From Bdellovibrionota bacterium (GTDB taxonomy: Bacteria; Bdellovibrionota_C; UBA2361; JBGSMV01), in NCBI GenBank assembly GCA_041739995.1, contig JBGSMV010000047.1:64001-128000 (forward strand): DNA of 64,000 nucleotides, read 5' to 3'. Of the stretch, positions 56,576 to 64,000 are shown one piece after another. Each line of letters opens with the position of its first letter. Position 1 is the first letter of the stretch. The notes below the pieces were generated by a model, which searched no databases, was not told the DNA's origin, and saw only the letters and a program-made list of their open reading frames with translations. The position numbers and the translations under genes were made by a program.

Positions 56576-57325
56576 ATGGCTGATGTACTGGCGTTCTCTC
56601 CTCACCCTGATGATGCTGAAATTGGCTGCGGGGCGACGCTCGCCAAACTTGTTGCTCAAGGGCACCAAGTAGCAATTATTGACCTTTCTAGAGGCGAGCT
56701 CGGCTCACTTGGTTCCCCAGAAATTCGAGAACAAGAATCCCACCAGGCAGCCGCGGCGCTTGGTATCTCAATACGCGAGAATCTAAACCTTCCTGATGGT
56801 CGAATTGATTCCCACGATCGCTCTCAGCAACAGAGAGTGGTCGCTGCTCTTAGAAAATACTGCCCCAAGGTAGTTTTTTTGCCTATGGATGACGGTCGGC
56901 ACCCCGATCATCGCGAGGCCTGTTTGCTTGTTCGTGACTCTCTCTTTCTTTCTGGCTTAAAGAATTTTTTATTGCCGGACGGCTCACCCCACTTTGACCG
57001 CCCCCAAGCCATTGAGTATCCGACTCGCAACGTACCCACTCCTAGTTTTGTGGTTGATGTAACAGCCCACTACAAGAAAAAACTTGCGGCGATTCAAGCC
57101 TACTCTTCCCAACTCAAGCCCAGCGGAGGAGCTCAAGCAAACGTTCTCATCAGCTCAGCGCTCACTCTCCCTGCCATTGAAAGTCGCGATACCTTGTGGG
57201 GGGCTATGGTCGGTGTTTCGAAAGCCGAAGGATTTGTAGTTCACTCGCCCTTAAAACTTGAAGATCCGGTGGCTTATTTCCAAAGTTCACCTCTTTCTGG
57301 TGCCCTACTTTTTCCGGAGCTCTGA
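56576..57325 (+). CDS. bshB1: Bacillithiol biosynthesis deacetylase BshB1 (PIG-L family)
   Basis: PHPDDAEIGCG, DLSRGE.G, RHPDH, AEGF. Directly abuts bshA. Confidence 0.93.
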   Translation: MADVLAFSPHPDDAEIGCGATLAKLVAQGHQVAIIDLSRGELGSLGSPEIREQESHQAAAALGISIRENLNLPDGRIDSHDRSQQQRVVAALRKYCPKVVFLPMDDGRHPDHREACLLVRDSLFLSGLKNFLLPDGSPHFDRPQAIEYPTRNVPTPSFVVDVTAHYKKKLAAIQAYSSQLKPSGGAQANVLISSALTLPAIESRDTLWGAMVGVSKAEGFVVHSPLKLEDPVAYFQSSPLSGALLFPEL

Positions 57326-58480
57326 ATGAATAGGCCTCTCAATATCGGCATTACTTGCTACCCTACCTATGGCGGTAGCGGCGTAATTGCAACGGAACTT
57401 GGCATGGCAATGGCGAAGCGTGGTCATCGCGTCCACTTTATTGCCTACGATATTCCCCGTCGACTCGATCGCTACTTAGAGAACGTGTTCTTTCACGAAG
57501 TGGAGGTACGAGATAATCCGGTATTTTTGCACCCTCCGTATCTCATCCCGCTTACCTCCACGATGGTCGATGTCGCATCACAGGAGAAGCTGGACCTGTT
57601 CCATGTTCACTACGCAGTGCCACACGCGACCAGCGCCTTTCTCGCAAAACAGATTCTGGGCGAAAGAGCTCCAAAAATCCTTACCACCCTGCACGGCACC
57701 GACATCACCTTGGTGGGACACGATCGCTCGTATCTTCCTGTCGCGCGCTTTTCTATTCTGGCAAGCGACAGCGTTACGGTCCCTTCTGCGTTTCTACGCG
57801 AGGCTACCTATGAAAAGCTTTCGATTCCTACCGATTTCCCCATTAGCGTTCTTCCAAACTTCGTAGACACTGAAGTTTTTCGACCTCATTGCCCGGAAGA
57901 CCCCACGCGCGTTCGCCCTCCGCTCCCGCACTGCGCCGCCAACGAAAAGGTTCTCATTCACGTATCGAATTTTCGGCCGGTGAAGCAAGTAGACCAGGTG
58001 GTTAAAGTATTTCATCTCGTACGGCAAAAAATCCCTTCTCATTTAATTCTGGTCGGTGATGGCCCAGAGCGCTCGCACGTCGAACAGCTCGTTCGCGAAC
58101 TGGGGCTAAAGGACAAGATTTGTTTCCTTGGAAAGCAGGATTCCGTTGCCGAGATTCTTCAGCGTGCGCACTTGTTTCTTCTGCCGAGTCGCAACGAAAG
58201 CTTTGGGCTTGCCGCACTTGAAGCACTTAGTTGCGGCGTTCCAGTGGTAGCCTCACGCGTCGAAGGCCTTCCTGAAGTGATCAGAGACGGCAAAGATGGC
58301 TATCTGTGTGACCCAAATAGTACTGAGCAAATGGCTGAACGTTGCGTACAGCTGCTTTCGTCGGACAGTCTCTACCGGGAGATCTCATTAAGCGCTCGTG
58401 CACGCGCAGTTGAATCCTTCGGAAAGGATGCAATCGCGGCTCGTTTCGAGGCGCACTACTCGTCGATGATTACTAAGTAA
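57326..58480 (+). CDS. bshA: N-acetyl-alpha-D-glucosaminyl L-malate synthase BshA
   Basis: [58 protein letters not shown]. Confidence 0.96.
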   Translation: MNRPLNIGITCYPTYGGSGVIATELGMAMAKRGHRVHFIAYDIPRRLDRYLENVFFHEVEVRDNPVFLHPPYLIPLTSTMVDVASQEKLDLFHVHYAVPHATSAFLAKQILGERAPKILTTLHGTDITLVGHDRSYLPVARFSILASDSVTVPSAFLREATYEKLSIPTDFPISVLPNFVDTEVFRPHCPEDPTRVRPPLPHCAANEKVLIHVSNFRPVKQVDQVVKVFHLVRQKIPSHLILVGDGPERSHVEQLVRELGLKDKICFLGKQDSVAEILQRAHLFLLPSRNESFGLAALEALSCGVPVVASRVEGLPEVIRDGKDGYLCDPNSTEQMAERCVQLLSSDSLYREISLSARARAVESFGKDAIAARFEAHYSSMITK

Positions 58481-58671
58481 GGGTGACCTCAGAAGAGAAA
58501 TGCACGCATCACTCGAAAAATTACGTCGTTGATTGTGAAAAAGTCGATTATTGGAATTTTTCTCCTGAATCCGTTCACCGTCAAAACGCCGTGAGACGAG
58601 GCACGGAGATTAGGGATTGGTGAGACGTTACTATTGGTAAGTCGAGCCAATCACTTGTTTCCGCAACGAAG

Positions 58672-58746
58672 CCCGCCGAGGCTCCTGCCGGAGCTTTGGC
58701 GGCGTCGTTACATCGGAGGGTCCCGCCATAGCGATGCAAAGGCGGA
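58672..58746. repeat. Two GC-rich CCGCC..GGCGG hairpins (REP-like or terminator) between convergent genes
   Basis: CCGCCGAGGCT..AGCTTTGGCGG and CCGCCATAGC..AAAGGCGG. Confidence 0.5.
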
Positions 58747-58769
58747 TATCAGGGCGTTTTCACGGTGAA

Positions 58770-59171
58770 CTAGGTCTGAAGAATTAGCTTCATCTGCGTC
58801 AGATGCCTCACTAACTCGTCGCGCTCAAGCGGCTTAATCAAATAGCCTTGGCACCCGCTCTTGAATGCCTCTCCCACTACCGGTGCGTCTGCCACTGCGG
58901 TCATCATCAGCACTCGCGCCCGCTCTGTAGTGGTCAGATTCTGTTCGTCTTCAAATTTACGAATTTCCTTAAGCACCGTAATGCCGTCCATGCCCGGCAT
59001 CATAATGTCGAGGCACACCACATCGTAGAACACCCCGGTCTTAACGGCATCCTTGTAAAGCTCTAGCCCCTTCAGCCCATCCTCTGCGAGGTCACAGTGT
59101 CCAAATGGCTTCAGGTACATATTAGTGAGCTTTCGAGTTACCTCGTCATCTTCAACGACTAGAGCCCTCAT
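58770..59171 (-). CDS. Stand-alone response regulator (receiver domain only)
   Basis: LVVEDD, CLDIMMPGMDG, MMTA, YLIKP. Confidence 0.93.
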   Translation of the reverse strand: MRALVVEDDEVTRKLTNMYLKPFGHCDLAEDGLKGLELYKDAVKTGVFYDVVCLDIMMPGMDGITVLKEIRKFEDEQNLTTTERARVLMMTAVADAPVVGEAFKSGCQGYLIKPLERDELVRHLTQMKLILQT

Positions 59172-59228
59172 TGTTTACTCCGAATCCAATGACACTTAAT
59201 TCAAAAACTGGCGAGTGGTCGGCATCTG

Positions 59229-60023
59229 TCAGCTCCCCGTAGAAGCATACTTCGACACTCCCAGACGCCAAAAGCCAGCCGCAGCGACTACGCTTACCAA
59301 AGCGACCATGGGAGTCCAATATCCTAATACTTCTCGGCTGTTCGCCTCAAAAAAATGAGTGGCCGGATAGAACGAAACAAATGCGAAAGGGATAATCCAG
59401 CTAAGGATAATCTGCAGCGTCTTATTGAATATCGGAAGCGGATATCGGCTAAAACTAAGCAAATTGCTTAGAGGAGGGACCAGCCCGAGCCGGTCTTCAA
59501 AATGAAAGGAGGCCGAGGCAACTATACTAAAGATAGACACAAGGATGATTGCCCCGCAAAGCGCACTCACCACCAGCCACCCTAGATCAAGAATCGAAAA
59601 AGAGAGCCCCATCTCCCCAGAAGTATATACAAGCAAGGCAACGCCTAGGCTCAAGCTCCCCAGACTTTCTAGATTAAAAGACTCGAACAACACTTGAAAC
59701 AGAGAATTAAGTGGTCGAAGTAGTACTCGATCAAACTGTCCTTCAATAATGTAGCGTTCACCGAAGCGGTATAAATTTACCGACACAAATCCAAACATTG
59801 CGGTGGCAAGAAGTGAGTAGCCGTATATAAAAAGTACCTGCTCCCGCCCCCATCCCTGTAAATCAGGAACCGCCTTTCCATCGACCAAGAGAAAAATAAA
59901 GGCGACTCCGCTCACCGCGGAAAGCAGGCTCGCAAAAATCCCGCCAAAGAAGTCCCACTTATAGCTCATGCGAGCTTTGAGGAACTGAACGAAGTAGAGG
60001 AAATAGATATGGAGCGAGTGCAT
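59229..60023 (-). CDS. ABC-2 type permease (DUF990-like)
   Basis: GQFDRVLLRP, RYPLPIF, IPFAFVSFYP, KYASTGS. Confidence 0.9.
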   Translation of the reverse strand: MHSLHIYFLYFVQFLKARMSYKWDFFGGIFASLLSAVSGVAFIFLLVDGKAVPDLQGWGREQVLFIYGYSLLATAMFGFVSVNLYRFGERYIIEGQFDRVLLRPLNSLFQVLFESFNLESLGSLSLGVALLVYTSGEMGLSFSILDLGWLVVSALCGAIILVSIFSIVASASFHFEDRLGLVPPLSNLLSFSRYPLPIFNKTLQIILSWIIPFAFVSFYPATHFFEANSREVLGYWTPMVALVSVVAAAGFWRLGVSKYASTGS

Positions 60024-60029
60024 CGGGTA

Positions 60030-60761
60030 TTATACGAACATAGACGCGCCAAGCTTATCTGAAAGTATGCCGCGATAGGAAACTAGCAATGCTCGCTGAG
60101 CTGGTGGGGTTTGCTTCGCGGTGCGCGCATCATCCAAGGCAACTAAGCAGTCCTGCATTGGGGGCACCAAGGTGGTCTGAAGCGGGGGGGAGATCCGCCG
60201 ATAACGAGAATCAAAACGCTCTAAGTCTGTGCAGGCGCGAAGCGCTTCGCCTACTTCCAAAGCCCGCTGGGCGCGCACAAGCAGCCGTTGGGCAACAAAC
60301 AACTGTCTCTCGTCTCTAGAAGCCCTGCGCCTCTCCCGCTCCTTCTCCTCAGGTCCCTTCTCCTCAGGTCCAGAGTCTGGCACGCGCGGGGGGTGCGCTG
60401 GGTTAGAAGGTAAATTTCCGGTGTCGGCAAAAAGTTCGGCGTGTCGAGAGAGTCCGGCAAGCACAAGAGAGGGATGCAAAGAGCACAGCGGGCTGCCACC
60501 CGGGATAGAAGGGCTCTGAGGTAAAAAGGAGGAAAAAGCCAGTAGAACAGCGATGGGACTTAGTACCCTGGCTGCGTCACTCACCCCGTCTAGAGCCTCA
60601 GCAAATCGGCTTGGCAATCTTGTACCGCTCCAGGGCTGGTCTAACCGAGATTCAGGCTCCCGAGATCCAGGATGAAGGTGCACCCCGTCCAAAGCAATGC
60701 TACGAAGCTGGTCGTGGAACGTTCTCATCGGCCTCCTCTTTGAGACAGTTCGATAGCCCAA
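60030..60761 (-). CDS. Hypothetical protein
   Basis: 243-aa ORF ending 6 bp before the permease ATG. Contains a GPEEK x2 repeat. Confidence 0.5.
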   Translation of the reverse strand: MGYRTVSKRRPMRTFHDQLRSIALDGVHLHPGSREPESRLDQPWSGTRLPSRFAEALDGVSDAARVLSPIAVLLAFSSFLPQSPSIPGGSPLCSLHPSLVLAGLSRHAELFADTGNLPSNPAHPPRVPDSGPEEKGPEEKERERRRASRDERQLFVAQRLLVRAQRALEVGEALRACTDLERFDSRYRRISPPLQTTLVPPMQDCLVALDDARTAKQTPPAQRALLVSYRGILSDKLGASMFV

Positions 60762-60788
60762 ACGCCAGTATAAAACCAGGCCTAAGGT

Positions 60789-61703
60789 ATGTTCAGTTAC
60801 TTACGCTACTTGGCCCTCTCGCTGTTCTACCCAGCGCGACGCGATTTCCTTAAGGCCGGCCTTGGAATTGCCTCCCGCCACAAGCGCTGCGCCCGCTACT
60901 GGAAGCCTCATCTAGAACTTTCGAAGCAATTCATAAGCTCGGCCCTACAGAACGCTCGGCCTGCGACGGTCGTAATTCTTGGCGCCGGGAGACTGCTGGA
61001 TGTTCCTATCTCCGATCTGTCTGAAAAGACTAAACAAGTAGTCTTAGTGGATTGGGACCCTGGGGTAACGTTGGCTTGGGAAAACGCTCGGCGAACTTTA
61101 GAGGCACGCGGGGTTACAGTAGCTACCCAGCAATCCGATGTAACTGGCCGTCTCACTCAGTGGACAAAGGCACTGGACTCATTGCCAGTCACCTCCAGCG
61201 CATCTGACGCGAGGGAGCTTCTGGTTTCGCTTGTCGAACTCCCGGCACTTGAAACATTTCCAGAAGGCATTAGGGCTGACCTTCTAATCTCTCTTAATCT
61301 ACTTAGCCAACTTGGTCTTTACTGGGAGGATCGCGTGCGCTCTAGGCTCGGGACTTTGATGAGCGACGACGGGATCTTCTCTGACTCCTCACTTGAAAAG
61401 GCACTCCAAAGCACCATGAGATGCCTCGAAGAGGAACATCTTAGCCTGCTTAGTAACTCCGAGGCAGAAACGATCGTACTCTTGAGCGACGAATGGTTTC
61501 ACTACTACAGGCAACAGCAGTCCGAGTGGCGAACTGACGCAGCACTAAGAACTGTCTTCCCTCCAGCGTTGGCGAATTATTCTATAATCGAGCGTGATAG
61601 TTGGCTGTGGCACCTCGCGCCTCAATGGCTCGAGCAACTCGATTACGGAGAGATTCATACCGTACGAGCATTGCGATATCAGAAGCATAGCTCGTCAAGC
61701 TAG
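60789..61703 (+). CDS. Conserved hypothetical protein with a Rossmann / SAM-binding-like fold
   Basis: VVILGAGRLLDVP..VVLVD..DVTG..DLLISLNLLSQL. Confidence 0.8.
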   Translation: MFSYLRYLALSLFYPARRDFLKAGLGIASRHKRCARYWKPHLELSKQFISSALQNARPATVVILGAGRLLDVPISDLSEKTKQVVLVDWDPGVTLAWENARRTLEARGVTVATQQSDVTGRLTQWTKALDSLPVTSSASDARELLVSLVELPALETFPEGIRADLLISLNLLSQLGLYWEDRVRSRLGTLMSDDGIFSDSSLEKALQSTMRCLEEEHLSLLSNSEAETIVLLSDEWFHYYRQQQSEWRTDAALRTVFPPALANYSIIERDSWLWHLAPQWLEQLDYGEIHTVRALRYQKHSSSS

Positions 61704-61840
61704 TGTCCTGAGTTAAGAATTCGATAAATAATTCTCGCCGAGTTCGCGGCTCTTTGTGAATATATTTAATGAATTACACAATGAGCTCAGAGAGAATAGC
61801 GAGAAAAATACTTAAATGAACTTCTGACTCGACACACTAG
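61700..61840. mobile_element. MITE family 1, copy 4
   Basis: CTAGTGTCCTGAGT...ACTCGACACACTAG. The left CTAG contains the stop codon of 60789-61703. Confidence 0.9.
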
Positions 61841-61848
61841 CGTCATTT

Positions 61849-62691
61849 TTATCCTCCTTGCACCGTCAGACGTGCCGCGGACTTCTTCCAAAAAAGATGT
61901 CCCACAATCTGCAATGCCACTATCCAAAGTCCCATCTGCAAAAGCGCACCCCAGGCAGCCGTACCTTCGATTTTGCCTAAATATATTTGCAAAGGAACAA
62001 ACGTAATGAACTGAAATGGCAAAGCCGAGAGCACCTGCTCAGCCCAGCCTGGGAAAAATGAGAGCGGCAGTAGTAGTCCAGAAAAGAGCTGAATTAAGTA
62101 ATGCTTGGCCTGCATCAGCGAGTGAATAGATTTGATAAAGAAGGCCACCAGGCCTACCAAAAAATTGATTTGGGCTGAGATCACAAAGCTGCCCAGAACT
62201 GCAAATCCAAAAAAGATTGTATTCATTCCAGACGCTGGAGCTTCAATCGAAAACAAAGGAAGAACTGCCAGCCCAATTGGAACGGTAAAAAACACCAATC
62301 GAAATACGAACTCGCCAAAAGCCTGGCAAAGCATCATTCCTTGAAAATTTACCGGCCTGCTCAAATAGACGCTTATTTGACCGCTGCGTACGAGCTCCTC
62401 AATGTCCCAATCGATCGTAGAGAAACACAGGCTTCGAGCGATCCAACCAATCACCACATAGGTGACCATTTCCTCAAGAGAATATCCGAAGACGCGCCCC
62501 GACTCGCCCGCCACACCGCTACTCGCGAAGACTGCACTCCATATAAAGTAGTGAATGGAGATGTAGAGCAGGTAGGTAATAATCCCAGTAAAGTATCGAA
62601 GTCGGTATGCCAGCATTCCAAGCATCGAAGCACGAACATAGGCAAAATACGGGGTGAGAGAGGAGCTGGGCAGGACACTTGCGATCGTCAT
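61849..62691 (-). CDS. ABC-2 type permease (DUF990-like)
   Basis: LAYR, GQISVYLSRP, FSGLLLPL.FFP, LPFQ, LTVQGG. ATGA overlap with the ATPase gene. Confidence 0.92.
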   Translation of the reverse strand: MTIASVLPSSSLTPYFAYVRASMLGMLAYRLRYFTGIITYLLYISIHYFIWSAVFASSGVAGESGRVFGYSLEEMVTYVVIGWIARSLCFSTIDWDIEELVRSGQISVYLSRPVNFQGMMLCQAFGEFVFRLVFFTVPIGLAVLPLFSIEAPASGMNTIFFGFAVLGSFVISAQINFLVGLVAFFIKSIHSLMQAKHYLIQLFSGLLLPLSFFPGWAEQVLSALPFQFITFVPLQIYLGKIEGTAAWGALLQMGLWIVALQIVGHLFWKKSAARLTVQGG

Positions 62692-63734
62692 GAGGACACA
62701 GGCATACCCTGCCGATAAATTCGAATAAGAATGTCCTCGATGGCCGGATCTATAGTTGAAAGATCCGCCACAGGAAACGAATTTACTATCGCACGCACCA
62801 GTTCAATCGTTGGAATTTTCTGCGGATCATACTCCGCAAGTACTCGCCCACCCTCTGGCTTGAATTCCGCCATGGGAATCCTGGCGCTTAGGGCTGCGGG
62901 GCTTACCTCCCCCTGAAATTGGACCGACACCGTACGCTTTACCCCAGGCAGTGCACGAACAGTGTCAATGCTGCCGTCAAAGATGATGCGGCCATGATCG
63001 ATGATGATTATACGCTCGCAGAGTTCTTCAATTTCAACCAAATCATGCGTAGTTAAAATGACGGTGGTATTGAATTCACGATTAATGGTTTTAAGAAAAG
63101 CTCGGATACTTGTCTTTGCAACCGCATCCACCCCAATAGTGGGCTCGTCAAGAAACAACAACTCGGGTCCATGTAAAAGACTCGCAGCGAGATCGCTGCG
63201 CAAGCGTTGTCCCAATGAAAGCTTGCGCACAGGAGTTCTTAAAAATTCGCCAAGCTCCAATACCCCCGTGAGGAGTTCAAGACGCTGAAGATACTCAGCG
63301 CGAGGAACCTTATAAATTGCGGCCAAGAGATTGAACGATTCGATTACGGCAATATCCCACCACAGCTGAGTTCTCTGTCCGAATACTACCCCAATTTTTG
63401 AACAATATACTTTTCGCTCGCGGTAGGGATCACGCCCGAGACATTGCATCTCACCGCTGCTGGGTTTCAAAATCCCGGTCAGCATTTTTATGGTGGTAGA
63501 TTTACCCGCACCGTTCGGTCCAATGAACCCAACGATTTCTCCCTTGGGAACTTCAAATGAAATACCACCCACGGCCGTGACCGTTTTATTGCGCCTATGG
63601 ACAAGATCTCGCACTCCGCCCCACAACCCTTCTCGTCGCTCATGCGACTCAAAGACTTTGGACAGATCACTAACCCTTACCGCCGGAGAGGAAGCGGCAG
63701 AGCTTTCGTTAACTGATGGTACGGAGGGGTTCAT
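62688..63734 (-). CDS. ABC transporter ATP-binding protein
   Basis: GPNGAGKST, GVVFGQRTQLWWD, LSLGQ, LFLDEPT, LTTH. Confidence 0.96.
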   Translation of the reverse strand: MNPSVPSVNESSAASSPAVRVSDLSKVFESHERREGLWGGVRDLVHRRNKTVTAVGGISFEVPKGEIVGFIGPNGAGKSTTIKMLTGILKPSSGEMQCLGRDPYRERKVYCSKIGVVFGQRTQLWWDIAVIESFNLLAAIYKVPRAEYLQRLELLTGVLELGEFLRTPVRKLSLGQRLRSDLAASLLHGPELLFLDEPTIGVDAVAKTSIRAFLKTINREFNTTVILTTHDLVEIEELCERIIIIDHGRIIFDGSIDTVRALPGVKRTVSVQFQGEVSPAALSARIPMAEFKPEGGRVLAEYDPQKIPTIELVRAIVNSFPVADLSTIDPAIEDILIRIYRQGMPVSS

Positions 63735-63772
63735 GGCGTATCATTAGCAGTTTCCAAGGCTCTCAGACAAAC

Positions 63773-63897
63773 GAGTCGTCTGTGACAGAGGCACAGACGA
63801 CGACGTCCCGCCCAAGCCTGCTCGAATCGAATGGCAGCACAGGCACACGCGAGCGAAGGCGGACCTTCATAAACAGGGCTATGTCACAGACCCCCAG
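63773..63897. mobile_element. MITE family 2, near-complete copy (about 125 bp)
   Basis: TIRs GTCTGTGACA (63778) and TGTCACAGAC-CCCCAG (63882-63897). The body matches 50812-50960. Confidence 0.75.
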
Positions 63898-64000
63898 CCA
63901 AAGACTGGAAAAGCTTACCATGACAGGCTATCTCGCATTTGACATCATCAAGGCCGCGCGGCTCCATAGGAGCGGTGATGTACTAGAAGCTTGCCGTTGA

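Noticed and set aside
63716..64000. 94-aa ORF at the right edge
   Set aside because: It is mostly MITE family 2 sequence, with no motif support.

Overview
This 64-kb window is bacterial chromosomal DNA of roughly 50-55% GC (estimated by eye). It comes from a diderm (lipoprotein and beta-barrel-type genes), and the gene content has a Bdellovibrionota/Myxococcota-like flavour (inference only). I found no rRNA, tRNA, CRISPR array, prophage or transposase. Recognisable blocks: (1) a thioredoxin plus bacilliredoxin pair; (2) an imuA-imuB-dnaE2 mutasome; (3) a collagen-like secreted protein; (4) a sulfation island of ChrA transporter, sulfotransferase, CotH-like kinase, cysQ, cysD and cysNC, running directly into a TrpF-like barrel / 7-TM SWEET-like / OB-like trio; (5) a frameshifted outer-membrane protein; (6) a SCO plus A2-type cytochrome c oxidase operon with a dihaem subunit II; (7) a double-length UvrA; (8) methionine gamma-lyase and cysK; (9) the bacillithiol genes bshC, bshB1 and bshA, with two paralogous 81-aa secreted, precursor-like peptide genes inserted among them; (10) a split ABC exporter operon. 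Intergenic DNA carries at least two CTAG-bounded MITE families, including a stacked CTAG-delimited array between uvrA and cysK. The best candidates for undescribed systems are the tandem peptide pair, the sulfation island with its TrpF-like/SWEET tail, and the CTAG-module array.
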